Below are positions 9,833 to 19,898 of a DNA stretch of 63,360 bases, in pieces. The DNA is taken from the NCBI GenBank assembly GCA_029936935.1, contig JAPYRQ010000001.1:22970-86329 (forward strand). The letters run 5' to 3'. Below the pieces are notes generated by a model. It worked only from the letters and a program-made list of their open reading frames with translations, was not told the DNA's origin and searched no databases. Made by a program: the position numbers and the translations under genes. This stretch comes from Dehalococcoidia bacterium. Its GTDB lineage: Bacteria; Chloroflexota; Dehalococcoidia; Lucifugimonadales; UBA1127. Every line of letters begins with the position of its first letter. Position 1 is the stretch's first letter.

Positions 9833-10651
9833 ATGGGTTGGAAACATATAGAAACTGAGCTTAAACGAGGGTCTATGAGTGACCCCGTTCGAGTTGTTCC
9901 CTTTGTGACTGTAGGCTTCCCTGACGTGGAGGCGACGCTGGAACTGGTCCCCGCTCTGGAACAGGCAGGAGCCGCCGTCATTGAGTTGGGGGTTCCCTTC
10001 AGCGATCCCCTTGCCGAGGGCCCGACCATTCAAAAATCGAGCTTCCACGCATTGAGTCAGGGCGTGACTCTGGCAGACTGTCTTGAGGTTGCTGCGGAGT
10101 CGCGTCGACGAGGTGTCCGCGTTCCACTGGTGTTGATGGGATACTACAATCCGTTTCTGGCATTCGGTCTTGAAGCGGTGGCTGAAGCAGCTCAGAAATC
10201 TGGTGTGGACGGGTTCATCATCCCTGACCTACCGGTGGATGAAATGGGCCCGATGTTGGAAGCGTGCCAGCGATACGAGATCGCCTTGATACCGTTGCTT
10301 GCTCCAACCAGCACAGACGAACGCATCAAAGAAGCCTGCGCCACCGCCCGGGGGTTCATCTACTGCGTGGGTCTGTTGGGTGTTACAGGGGCAAGGGCTG
10401 AGCCATCGCCAGAGGCTGCGACGTTGGTGCAGAGAGTCCGAACCCACACCTCACTGCCACTGACGGTGGGCTTTGGAATATCCCGTAAAGAGCATATTGA
10501 GGCGCTGGCTGACATTGTTGATGCGGTCGCGGTTGGCAGTGCACTGGTGGACGTTATCGCAGACGCAGCGCACGGTGAGCGAATCACGAAAGTAAAAGCC
10601 TTCATGGAAGGGCTTGGAGCCACATCGCAGACAACAGGGGGAGCACACTAA
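9833..10651 (+). CDS. trpA: Tryptophan synthase alpha chain
   Basis: The IELGVPFSDPLAEGPTIQ signature and the GFGIS motif are present. An alternative start is ATG 9875. Confidence 0.9.
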   Translation: MGWKHIETELKRGSMSDPVRVVPFVTVGFPDVEATLELVPALEQAGAAVIELGVPFSDPLAEGPTIQKSSFHALSQGVTLADCLEVAAESRRRGVRVPLVLMGYYNPFLAFGLEAVAEAAQKSGVDGFIIPDLPVDEMGPMLEACQRYEIALIPLLAPTSTDERIKEACATARGFIYCVGLLGVTGARAEPSPEAATLVQRVRTHTSLPLTVGFGISRKEHIEALADIVDAVAVGSALVDVIADAAHGERITKVKAFMEGLGATSQTTGGAH

Positions 10652-11029
10652 ATGGTCATGATGTGCCGGGGATTCCGCGGTGCCACTACGGCTTCTGCCA
10701 ACACCAAAGCTGCCATCAATGATGCAACGGAAGAGATGTTGCGGACGCTGGTGGACGCCAACGATATTGATGTGGACTCCATTGCCGCCGCCAGCTTCTT
10801 CGTCACGCCGGACCTGAACGCTGAGTACCCCGCGTCGGTGGCTCGCCGTCGCCTGGGTTGGACGTATGTGGCATTGACGGATTCAGTTGCGATCGATGTG
10901 CCGTACGGCCTGCCCATGTGCATCCGAGTGTTGATTTTGGTGAACACGGAAAAGCGACCTGAAGAGATCAAGAACGTCTATCTTCGGGGTACTGAACACC
11001 TTCGGCAGCGCAGCGTCCCGGGTTCCTAG
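10652..11029 (+). CDS. aroH: Chorismate mutase, AroH class
   Basis: CRGFRGATT...FFVTPDLNAEYPA...CIRVLILVN is collinear with B. subtilis AroH (IRGIRGATT...ATPDL...CIRVMM), quoted from memory. The ATG directly abuts the trpA TAA. Confidence 0.85.
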   Translation: MVMMCRGFRGATTASANTKAAINDATEEMLRTLVDANDIDVDSIAAASFFVTPDLNAEYPASVARRRLGWTYVALTDSVAIDVPYGLPMCIRVLILVNTEKRPEEIKNVYLRGTEHLRQRSVPGS

Positions 11030-11152
11030 CTTCACTGTGTTTGGTTGACCTTTTAAAGCCGTAGTTTGCAACCTACCGTGCGTTCACGGATACTGGTATG
11101 TAGCGAACCTTAAATGCGAATTTCTTTGTTTAATCGTTGATGGAGCAAAACC

Positions 11153-12184
11153 ATGATTGTTGTGATGAGACAGGGCTGCACGGACGCTGAGATTGAGGCT
11201 GTCCAGACCGCCATTGAGAGTAAACCGGGTATCAGGGCTCCCATTTGGCGCGGTGAAGAGCGCTCAGTCATTGGTGTTCTGGGGAGTATCTACCCGGAAC
11301 TGCAGACAGAGTTGCAGCAACTCCCTGGCGTCGTCGAGGTGCTTCGAGTCTCCAAGCCGTACAAGCTTGCCGGGAGGGATTTCCACCCGGACGATACGCT
11401 CATCAAGGTAGGAGATGTGACCATCGGCGGCGACGAGGTGGTGGTCATGTCCGGTCCTTGCTCCGTTGAGGGCGAGGAGATGATGATGGATACCGCGCAC
11501 ATGGCACGCAAGGCTGGTGCGCGGATACTTCGTGGGGGTGCGTTCAAGCCTCGCTCATCGCCGTACAGCTTCCGAGGCATGGGAGTAGAAGGCCTGAAGT
11601 TGCTGGCCAAGGCTCGAGAAGAAACGGGCCTACCCGTAGTCACTGAAGTTATGACTGCAGAGGACGTGAAGGTGGTTGCGGAGTACGCCGATATCCTTCA
11701 GGTGGGTGCGCGCAACATGCAGAACTTCATCCTGCTGGACGAGGTTGGCAAGATCAACAAGCCGGTCCTGCTCAAACGCGGGTTCGCCAATACCTATGAA
11801 GAACTGCTCTTGTCCGCTGAGTACGTCATGGCCGGGGGCAACCAAGAGGTCATCCTGTGCGAGCGCGGTATCCGCACCTTTGAGGACTACACGCGGAACA
11901 CGTTGGACCTGGCTGCGATACCCGTGCTGAAGCGGTTGAGCCACCTTCCCATCATCGCGGACCCAAGCCACGGGACCGGTCGCTGGCACCTGGTGGAACC
12001 AATGGCGTTGGCCGCCGTGGCTGCAGGGACCCACGGTCTGATTATTGAAGTGCATCCAAACCCGGACAAAGCCCTCTCAGACGGGCCCCAATCCCTCACC
12101 TTTGAGAACTTCCAAAAGCTGATGGATGGTGTCCGTTCTATCGCAGCAATAGTGAGCAAAAAGGTAGCCCCTATGCTGGCATAA
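11153..12184 (+). CDS. aroF: 3-deoxy-7-phosphoheptulonate (DAHP) synthase, type I-beta, with N-terminal ferredoxin-like regulatory domain
   Basis: A KDO8P/DAHP synthase I-beta core is present ([29 protein letters not shown]), with an N-terminal ~70-aa ACT/FL domain. Confidence 0.85.
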   Translation: MIVVMRQGCTDAEIEAVQTAIESKPGIRAPIWRGEERSVIGVLGSIYPELQTELQQLPGVVEVLRVSKPYKLAGRDFHPDDTLIKVGDVTIGGDEVVVMSGPCSVEGEEMMMDTAHMARKAGARILRGGAFKPRSSPYSFRGMGVEGLKLLAKAREETGLPVVTEVMTAEDVKVVAEYADILQVGARNMQNFILLDEVGKINKPVLLKRGFANTYEELLLSAEYVMAGGNQEVILCERGIRTFEDYTRNTLDLAAIPVLKRLSHLPIIADPSHGTGRWHLVEPMALAAVAAGTHGLIIEVHPNPDKALSDGPQSLTFENFQKLMDGVRSIAAIVSKKVAPMLA

Positions 12185-12305
12185 AGTAGGGCTTATCGGG
12201 ACATTTGCTATGGAGTACCAAGGGTTGGACTCCATAGGTGGCCCATGCTAGGATTCGCCCGCCATCTTCCGTAAGGAGTTCATAGCCTTTGGGCTTCACT
12301 AGCCT

Positions 12306-13253
12306 ATGAGCGTACTGGATGAGTTAGCCCGACTCCATACAACAAACCCTACCGTCATCACGGTAGGCATGTTTGATGGCGTGCATAAGGGACACCAGTA
12401 CCTCATGGGTTGCCTTAAGGAAGCGGCGGCCCGCCAGGGTTTCGCCAGCGGCGTCATCACTTTCACCAACCACCCTCGCTCCGTCATGCGGCCTGACGTC
12501 CGTGTACCACTGCTCACAACGCCGGAAGACCGTTTGCGCCTGATCTCAGAACAGGGCGTGGATCTGGTGGTTCCTTTGAGTTTCACCCCTGACCTCTCAT
12601 ACCTCAGAGCCCGCGAGTTTGTGGAACTTCTCAGGGAAACGTTGAACATGCGAGGCCTGGTTGTCGGCCCGGACTTCGCCTTTGGGTATCAGCGGGAGGG
12701 GACAGCAGAACTCCTGACCCAGCTTGGCAAAGAGATGGACTTCACGATGGAGGTTGTTAAACCCGTGAAGTTTGAAGACCGCATCGTGAGCAGCACCGCG
12801 GTGAGAGCCTGCGTGCAGGGGGGGGAGATGGAGGATGCTTCGTGGATGTTGACCAGACCCTTCATCCTGGCTGGATTCGTGGTGGAAGGGGATCAGCGCG
12901 GCCGCCAGATTGGGTTTCCTACCGCAAACGTTGATATAGAACCCAGTATCATCACCCCTGCGGACGGAATCTATGCCACATGGACCCAGGCCGACGGAAA
13001 GACTTACGCATCGGCAACGAACATCGGCTTTAGGCCTACCTTTGGGGGCGGCGGTCGTCAGGTGGAGACACACCTCTTCGATTACAGTGGTGACCTCTAC
13101 AACGCGAGGATTCGGGTAGCCTTTGCCCGCAAGCTGCGAGACGAGGTGAAGTTCAACGGCGTGGACGACCTGGTCAAACAACTCCACGAGGATGTTGCCC
13201 AGGCCAAGGTCGTCCTCGCAGAGAACGAATCAATGCTTCCTTCCGGCTGGTAA
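12306..13253 (+). CDS. ribF: Bifunctional riboflavin kinase / FMN adenylyltransferase
   Basis: The GMFDGVHKGHQYL nucleotidyltransferase motif and the C-terminal riboflavin kinase segment (GFPTANV, RPTFGGG) are present. Confidence 0.9.
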   Translation: MSVLDELARLHTTNPTVITVGMFDGVHKGHQYLMGCLKEAAARQGFASGVITFTNHPRSVMRPDVRVPLLTTPEDRLRLISEQGVDLVVPLSFTPDLSYLRAREFVELLRETLNMRGLVVGPDFAFGYQREGTAELLTQLGKEMDFTMEVVKPVKFEDRIVSSTAVRACVQGGEMEDASWMLTRPFILAGFVVEGDQRGRQIGFPTANVDIEPSIITPADGIYATWTQADGKTYASATNIGFRPTFGGGGRQVETHLFDYSGDLYNARIRVAFARKLRDEVKFNGVDDLVKQLHEDVAQAKVVLAENESMLPSGW

Positions 13254-13326
13254 GATAGCTGCTGCATACGGATGCCCTTCTGCCGTACAATGTCCCCACT
13301 GATTTCACAACACGATTGAGGTTCTG

Positions 13327-14577
13327 ATGCCCTTATCTGAAAAAACACTGAACATGGTCACCCAACGCGGGGTAGCGGAAATCATTGATGAAAATGAGTT
13401 CCGACGCCTCCTGCAAAAAGGAGAGCCCCTTCGACTCAAAATGGGGTTTGACCCCTCCAGTCGCGATATCCATCTTGGCCACGTCGTAGGTCTGCGGAAG
13501 CTCCGCCAGCTCCAGGACCTTGGGCACAAAGTCGTGCTCATCGTAGGGGACTGGACGGCACAGATCGGCGACCCAAGCGGCCAATCGGTCACGCGCCCGG
13601 TGCTGACCCATGAAGACGTGATTGCAAACGCTGAGACGTACCTGCGGCAGTTCTTCAAAGTGGTGGATGAAGCCCAGACGGAAGTTGTCTGGCAGAGTGA
13701 GTGGTTTGGGAAATTCACCCTGACCGATGTGGTGAAGCTGACGGGCACTTTCACCGTGGCACAGATGCTGGCTAGGGACGACTTCCGCAAGCGGTTTGAT
13801 CAGAACCGACCCATCGCCATAACGGAGTTGCTATACCCCCTACTTCAGGCGTACGACTCTGTGATGGTCAAGGCCGATGTGGAATTCGGTGGGACTGATC
13901 AGAAGTTCAACCTGCTGATGGGGCGAGAGCTTCAGGAGATGCGTGGCCAGCGACCGCAACAATGTTTCATGGTGCCCATCCTGGAGGGCACGGACGGCGT
14001 CAAGAAGATGAGCAAGAGCGTTGGCAACTACATCGGCGTGGACGAGCCACCACAGGAGCAGTACGGCAAGGTGCTTTCGCTGCCGGACAATCTCATCGCT
14101 TCATACTTCACGTTGCTTACCGATACACCGTTGGCGGAAATCCAGGCGATGGGTGAAGAAATGGCCAATGGGACGGTGAACCCCATGGAGTACAAGAAGC
14201 GGCTGGCACGGGAGATTGTGGAGCAGTTCTGGTCGGTTGACGAGGCACAGGCCGCCGAGGATCACTTCGAGCGCACGGTGCAGCGTCGTGAAGCCCCGGA
14301 AGACATACCCACGCTCCGTTTCGCTTCCACCAGCAACGGCTTGCTAACAATCTTCGCTGACAGCGGCGAGAGCGAAGTGGCTTTGGCAGCGCCGCCCGCC
14401 GACTTGATTCACGCCCTTGGCCTCGCGGCCAGCAAGGCGGAGGCTAAGCGCCTCGTCGCCCAGGGCGCGGTGGAGGTGGACGGCGAGCGTGTGACCGATG
14501 CGCTGCCTATCCGCGATGGGGCCGTAGTGAAGGTGGGGAAGCGCAGGTTCGTTCGTTTGGTAGAGGACAAGAGCTAA
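13327..14577 (+). CDS. tyrS: Tyrosine--tRNA ligase
   Basis: The HLGH (DIHLGHVV) and KMSKS motifs are present, with a C-terminal S4-like domain. Confidence 0.9.
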   Translation: MPLSEKTLNMVTQRGVAEIIDENEFRRLLQKGEPLRLKMGFDPSSRDIHLGHVVGLRKLRQLQDLGHKVVLIVGDWTAQIGDPSGQSVTRPVLTHEDVIANAETYLRQFFKVVDEAQTEVVWQSEWFGKFTLTDVVKLTGTFTVAQMLARDDFRKRFDQNRPIAITELLYPLLQAYDSVMVKADVEFGGTDQKFNLLMGRELQEMRGQRPQQCFMVPILEGTDGVKKMSKSVGNYIGVDEPPQEQYGKVLSLPDNLIASYFTLLTDTPLAEIQAMGEEMANGTVNPMEYKKRLAREIVEQFWSVDEAQAAEDHFERTVQRREAPEDIPTLRFASTSNGLLTIFADSGESEVALAAPPADLIHALGLAASKAEAKRLVAQGAVEVDGERVTDALPIRDGAVVKVGKRRFVRLVEDKS

Positions 14578-14716
14578 GCGTCTCAACTCTATTCTCTCCA
14601 CCAATAATTGGGCGACGTTTTTCGCCCTAATAGATTGGTTGGCCCTTTATTCTCCCCTGACTATGTGCTAACATTCACAACCGAACACCCCTGTTTATTC
14701 AGCGAGGAGGCTTTCT

Positions 14717-15811
14717 GTGAATTTGCGCATTCCCGGGCCTACGCCATGCCCTGAAGATGTCCTTCAGGCAGGGGCCCAGCAGATGATTGACCACCGTGGC
14801 CCTGAGTTCAGGGACATGATCGGCAGGATTCACTCAGGTCTCCAGACCGCCTTTCAGACCAAGAACGATATTGCCATCCTCACCTCCTCAGGTACCGGCG
14901 CCATGGAAGCGGCAGTCATCAACACACTGTCAGCGGGCGATCGGGTGCTGAGTATAAGCATCGGCGTGTTCGGAGACCGCTTCGCACAGATTGCAGAGGC
15001 TTATGGCGTGGACGTGGTCAAGCTTGGTGTCGAGTACGGCGATGCGGCAGACCCGGCGGAGATCGGCAAAGCCCTGGCCGCCGATGCCTCCATCAAGGCC
15101 GTGCTCATCACCCACAATGAAACTTCAACAGGCATCACCAACGATCTCGCTGCCATTGCCAAAGTGGTTCGCGAGTATGATCGATTGACCTTAGTGGATG
15201 CCATAAGCAGTGTTGGCTGCATACCGGTACAGATGGATGCATGGGACCTGGACGTGGTAGTCACCGGTTCACAGAAGGGCTTCATGGTGCCGCCTGGACT
15301 GGCTTTTGCCGCAGTGGGCCCCCGGGCTCTTGAAGCCGCCAAGACTGCGACGCTTCCCCGATTCTACTTTGAGTTCAGCCGTGCGTTCACCTTGCAAGCA
15401 CAGGGCCAAACACCCTGGACGCCTGCAGTATCCGTCATGTTCTCCCTGGATTTGGCGCTGAAGAAGATGATGGCGGATGGCATGGGCGCGGTGTACGAGA
15501 AGCACGCCCGCGTTGCCAACGATGTCCGGAACGGCATGAAGAAGCTGGGACTTGAATTGTTCCCCAATGATGAGAAGTACGCCTCTGATACGGTGACTGC
15601 GGTCAAGGTACCAGAGGGTGTAGAGCTTTCGGCGTTGCGTGGTAAACTTCGCAATGACCGGGAAGTCGTGGTTGCTGGCGGCCAGGGGTCTCTCAGCGGC
15701 AAGATCTTCCGCGTAGGCCACATGGGCCACATCACGGACGAAGATGTTGACGACGTCATGGCCTCGCTCAAAGCAGTGCTCCCTGAATTAGGATTTCCGG
15801 TCACCGCCTAG
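14717..15811 (+). CDS. Class V PLP aminotransferase (serine-pyruvate/alanine-glyoxylate family; probable phosphoserine aminotransferase role)
   Basis: GTG start with gaggagg RBS. The SGTGAMEA segment and the SQKGF PLP-Lys motif are present. It lies adjacent to serA. Confidence 0.75.
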   Translation: MNLRIPGPTPCPEDVLQAGAQQMIDHRGPEFRDMIGRIHSGLQTAFQTKNDIAILTSSGTGAMEAAVINTLSAGDRVLSISIGVFGDRFAQIAEAYGVDVVKLGVEYGDAADPAEIGKALAADASIKAVLITHNETSTGITNDLAAIAKVVREYDRLTLVDAISSVGCIPVQMDAWDLDVVVTGSQKGFMVPPGLAFAAVGPRALEAAKTATLPRFYFEFSRAFTLQAQGQTPWTPAVSVMFSLDLALKKMMADGMGAVYEKHARVANDVRNGMKKLGLELFPNDEKYASDTVTAVKVPEGVELSALRGKLRNDREVVVAGGQGSLSGKIFRVGHMGHITDEDVDDVMASLKAVLPELGFPVTA

Positions 15812-15918
15812 CTAGGTCGACTAGCAAAACGAGAAACAAAAACCCTGCATCTACGGCCCGCGACCCATTCAGGGAAGCGGGTCTTTTGCTCTAAAAAGGC
15901 AGGGAATAAGGAGTCCAT

Positions 15919-17502
15919 GTGAAGGTTCTTGTTGCAGACCCCCTACACCAAGAAGGACTGGTCCTGCTTGAGGCAGAACCCGATGTCACTGTAGAGATAC
16001 GGTTGAAGATGACGCCGGAGGAGCTTGTGGAAGCCGTAGCAGGCTTTGATGCGCTCATTGTACGAAGCGAGAGCCGGGTCACTGCCGCTGTCATCGAAGC
16101 GGGCACCAACCTCCGCGTAGTCGGCAGGGCCGGCGTGGGTGTCGACAACATCGACCTCGAGGCCGCCACTCGCAAGGGCATCGCGGTGGTCTATGCCCCC
16201 ACAGGCAACACCATCGCAGCAGCGGAGCACACCATCGCACTCATGATGTCCATGTCCCGGCATATCGCTGAAGCCAACGCCTCCATGCGCCAGGAGCAAT
16301 GGAACCGGTCTCAGTTCATGGGTGTTGAGGTCAAAGGCAAGACCCTAGGAGTCATAGGGCTTGGCCGAGTGGGTTCAGAGGTTGCCAAGCGGGCATTAGG
16401 CCTGGAGATGCACGTGCTTGGGTATGACCCCTACCTGGTACCAGAGCGCGCCGCCCGATTGGGTGTAGAGATTGCTGAGTTTGATGCCATGCTGGCCGCG
16501 TGCGACTTCCTGACGCTGCACACGCCGCTGACGGATACCACGAAGAGCCTCATCGGTGCCCGAGAGATGGCGCTGATGAAGCCTACCGCTCGAATCATCA
16601 ACGTAGCCCGGGGCGGTTTGGTCGACGAGGATGCGCTGATTCAGGCGCTTGACGCTGACAAACTGGCTGGTGCTGCCATTGACGTGTTCCCCAAAGAGCC
16701 TCTGGAGGATTATCGAATTGCTCTCCACCCCAAGATTGTTGCAACGCCACACCTTGGCGCATCGACAGTGGAAGCCCAGGCTGCAGTTACACGAGAAGTT
16801 GTTGAGCAGGTGCTCACGGTTCTGCAGGGGCAGCCTGCGCGATTCACAGTGAACGTGCCCTTTGTGGCGCCTGAAGTCCAAGACCTGATCGAACCCTTCC
16901 TGGATGTTGCGGTAACAGTCGGCAAGGTGGCAATCCAACTTGCGAATGGGCAGCCCTCCTCCGTAACTATCGAGTACCAGGGCGAAATCGCTGGTGGTGA
17001 GTCGGGGACTTTGAAAGCTGCTGTATTGATGGGACTCCTTCAGCCAGGCACTGAAGACCGGGTAAACCTGGTGAATGCTGCATTTCTCGCAGAGGAGCGT
17101 GGTCTTAAGGTCACGGAGACGAAGGACACTGTGCCCCAACAGTTCACCAACGAGGTTACTGTGCATCTGGCCACCACTGGCGGGGAAGTCATCGTTGGCG
17201 GCACCTACCTCAGAGGTCGCCCTCACGTAACTCGAATCGGCGAGCATCTGGTAGATGCGGCAGTGGATAGCCCGTATCTCTTGATCGTTGAGAACCTTGA
17301 CCGTCCGGGCATGATCGGTTCGGTAGGGCAGGTTGCAGCCAAGCACGATATCAACATTAGCTTTATGGAAGTTGGTAGGGTGGAAGCTAGAGGGGGCAAC
17401 GCCACAATGGTTGTGGGCCTTGATGATCCTATGGATGAGGGTGCGCTGGCTGAGTTGGAAGAGAATCCCCACATCACATCAGTGCGACTCGTACGGATGT
17501 AG
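15919..17502 (+). CDS. serA: D-3-phosphoglycerate dehydrogenase (long form with ASB and ACT domains)
   Basis: NAD-binding motif GVIGLGRVG is present, followed by NVARGGLVDE, HLGAST, and a C-terminal ACT domain. The length is 527 aa. Confidence 0.9.
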   Translation: MKVLVADPLHQEGLVLLEAEPDVTVEIRLKMTPEELVEAVAGFDALIVRSESRVTAAVIEAGTNLRVVGRAGVGVDNIDLEAATRKGIAVVYAPTGNTIAAAEHTIALMMSMSRHIAEANASMRQEQWNRSQFMGVEVKGKTLGVIGLGRVGSEVAKRALGLEMHVLGYDPYLVPERAARLGVEIAEFDAMLAACDFLTLHTPLTDTTKSLIGAREMALMKPTARIINVARGGLVDEDALIQALDADKLAGAAIDVFPKEPLEDYRIALHPKIVATPHLGASTVEAQAAVTREVVEQVLTVLQGQPARFTVNVPFVAPEVQDLIEPFLDVAVTVGKVAIQLANGQPSSVTIEYQGEIAGGESGTLKAAVLMGLLQPGTEDRVNLVNAAFLAEERGLKVTETKDTVPQQFTNEVTVHLATTGGEVIVGGTYLRGRPHVTRIGEHLVDAAVDSPYLLIVENLDRPGMIGSVGQVAAKHDINISFMEVGRVEARGGNATMVVGLDDPMDEGALAELEENPHITSVRLVRM

Positions 17503-17607
17503 TCTCCCAGCCTAGAGAATTCCCTTTGTATACTGTTTCCTAGCTCATGGCCCCCTGGTACACTGACCAGAACACGCTGAAATGTCGTTGGAGGGAAGCC
17601 AGGGAAC

Positions 17608-19077
17608 ATGGCAGACACTATTGCTTACATCTGCCCTGAATGCGGTACCGGCCACACCCAGTGGATGGGCTTTTGCTACATCTGTGGGTCTGGTTCTCCG
17701 CTAGAAGAAGCCCCTCCCCCAACCCCACAGTCGTCCTCGCCTTTCGTCCCGCCCAGTGCAACCACCTCAACCTGGACACCGCGTGGTACCAACGGACCTA
17801 TGGAGCTTTCCGAGGTATCGCTGGAAGACACACCTCGTATCATTCTGCCCTACCCGGAAATGAACCGTGTGTTGGGCGGCGGGCTGGTGCCCGGCTCTGT
17901 GGTGCTACTGGCAGGTGACCCGGGTATCGGGAAGTCGACGCTCATGTTGCAGATAGCGGGTGCCCTCGCCCCGGCGAAGCTCGTCGACGATGCGCGAGGC
18001 TCGGTGCTGTACGTGTCCGGGGAGGAATCAGCGACACAGGTCCGACTCCGTGCTGAGCGACTCGGCATTGACGGCCGCAACCTGCTCTTGTTGAACGAAA
18101 CCTCAGCAACCGACGTTCTCGGTTGGATGGACAAGACGGAACCTACAGCGGTGCTTGTGGACTCCATTCAGACGCTATACACGGACGCCTCAACGACTGC
18201 CCCAGGAAGCGTGACGCAGATACGCGAAGGCGCACGACTTCTGATGGGCTGGGCCAAGGCCAACCGGACGCCTGTCATCATCGCCGGGCATGTGACCAAA
18301 GAGGGCGATGTAGCCGGTCCCCGGGTGTTGGAGCACATGGTGGACGTGGTCCTCTACCTTGAGGGCGACCGCACCAGTGAACTCAGGATTTTGCGGAGCG
18401 AGAAGAACCGGTTCGGCTCCACTGACGAGGTGGCACTCTTCCAGATGGAAAGCACCGGACTCGTCGAGGTGTCAGACCCCTCCGGCCAGATGCTCTCACA
18501 GCGTAAAGGGCCCATCGTTGGGTCGGTGGTAACGCCGGTGTTGCAGGGTACTCGACCGATGCTGGTTGAAGTCCAGGCGCTGACTGCTCCGGTGGTGGGG
18601 CCGACGCCCCGTAGAGTGGCGAACGGCATGGAAGGCAACCGCCTTGTGCTGCTGGCCACCGTGTTGAGTCGGCGGGCGGGGATACCTCTGGGTGGCCAGG
18701 ACATTGTGGTGAACGTGACCGGCGGACTGAAGGTCAATGAGGCCAGCGCAGACCTGGCTACGGCCCTCGCCATCGCCTCAAGCTTCAGAGACCAGCCGTT
18801 AGAGACTGATGTGGTGGCTCTGGGCGAAGTAGGCCTGGGTGGGGAGGTTCGCCCGGTAGCGCAGATGGGGCGTCGCTTACAGGAAGCTGCTCGGTTGGGT
18901 CTTCGGCGTGCTGTGGTTCCGGAAGCCGCCGAGATTGATTCGGCTGACATGAATGGAATGGAGATCATCCCCGTGGCCACGTTGATGCAGGCGATACACG
19001 CGTTGTTCCCGCGAGCGCGCTCGACAGGACGGGGGGAGCGTGCATCGGTAGCGACTGAAGGGGAAGGCGAAGCATGA
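17608..19077 (+). CDS. radA: DNA repair protein RadA/Sms
   Basis: An N-terminal zinc finger (CPECG...CYICG), Walker A GDPGIGKST, the RadA-specific KNRFG motif and a Lon-like C-terminal domain are present. Confidence 0.92.
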   Translation: MADTIAYICPECGTGHTQWMGFCYICGSGSPLEEAPPPTPQSSSPFVPPSATTSTWTPRGTNGPMELSEVSLEDTPRIILPYPEMNRVLGGGLVPGSVVLLAGDPGIGKSTLMLQIAGALAPAKLVDDARGSVLYVSGEESATQVRLRAERLGIDGRNLLLLNETSATDVLGWMDKTEPTAVLVDSIQTLYTDASTTAPGSVTQIREGARLLMGWAKANRTPVIIAGHVTKEGDVAGPRVLEHMVDVVLYLEGDRTSELRILRSEKNRFGSTDEVALFQMESTGLVEVSDPSGQMLSQRKGPIVGSVVTPVLQGTRPMLVEVQALTAPVVGPTPRRVANGMEGNRLVLLATVLSRRAGIPLGGQDIVVNVTGGLKVNEASADLATALAIASSFRDQPLETDVVALGEVGLGGEVRPVAQMGRRLQEAARLGLRRAVVPEAAEIDSADMNGMEIIPVATLMQAIHALFPRARSTGRGERASVATEGEGEA

Positions 19078-19898
19078 CCGATATCGCGGCAAAAAAGCAG
19101 CGACTGGACGACATCCTAAAAGAGATGGACTCGGTGCTCGTCGCGTTCTCCGGTGGCGTGGACAGTACGCTGCTGGCGGTAGCTGCCCAGGACGTGCTTG
19201 GCGATCGCTCCCTCGCTGTGACGGCTGCATCGCCATCGCTGGCGCCGGAGGAGATGGAAGAAGCCGTAGCAATGGCGCAACAGTTCGGCTTCCGGCACCG
19301 GGTGATTGAGACCCATGAGATGGACGACTCGCGATACGCCGCCAATGATTCTCAACGATGCTTCTTCTGCAAAGTGAACCTGTACACAGAGCTTCAACCC
19401 ATCGCCGATGCTGATGGCTTTACATGGATTGCAAACGGCACCAACATCGACGACCTTGGCGACTATCGCCCGGGCATTGCCGCAGGGAAAGAGCACGGCG
19501 CACGTAGCCCACTGGTAGAGGCTGAGCTGACCAAAGACGATGTCCGCGAACTTTCGCGACTCCGTGGCCTACCCACATGGGATAAGCCTGCACAGGCCTG
19601 TTTATCGTCGAGAATCCCCTACGGCACCATGGTCACGGTTGAGGCGCTGACACGCATCGCCCGGGCGGAATCGTACCTGAGAGGGTTAGGGTTCAAGCAG
19701 TTGCGGGTACGCCATCACGACACCATCGCACGCATTGAGCTTGGCGCTGAAGAGTTGGCGAGCATGAACGATGAAACGACACGTCGAGGCGTTGTGGATC
19801 ACTTCAAAGCCCTTGGTTATCTCTATGTTACCCTTGACCTTGCCGGGTACCAGATGGGTAGCCTGAACACAGTCCTTGGGAAGCAGACGAAAACATGA
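19074..19898 (+). CDS. larE: ATP-dependent sulfur transferase LarE (PP-loop ATP pyrophosphatase family)
   Basis: PP-loop AFSGGVDS is present, with Cys residues in CFFCK and ACLSSRIPYG. It overlaps both the radA stop and the aroK-aroB start by ATGA. Confidence 0.8.
   Translation: MTDIAAKKQRLDDILKEMDSVLVAFSGGVDSTLLAVAAQDVLGDRSLAVTAASPSLAPEEMEEAVAMAQQFGFRHRVIETHEMDDSRYAANDSQRCFFCKVNLYTELQPIADADGFTWIANGTNIDDLGDYRPGIAAGKEHGARSPLVEAELTKDDVRELSRLRGLPTWDKPAQACLSSRIPYGTMVTVEALTRIARAESYLRGLGFKQLRVRHHDTIARIELGAEELASMNDETTRRGVVDHFKALGYLYVTLDLAGYQMGSLNTVLGKQTKT

Noticed and set aside
12208-12237. 9-bp hairpin (ctatggagt/actccatag) after aroF, and a similar 11-bp hairpin at 52098-52135 after the peroxiredoxin gene
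   Set aside because: Neither has a U-tract on either side. I am not confident enough to call them terminators or regulatory elements.
16396-17472. 358-aa minus-strand ORF
   Set aside because: It is antisense to serA, whose NAD-binding and ACT-domain motifs are unambiguous.
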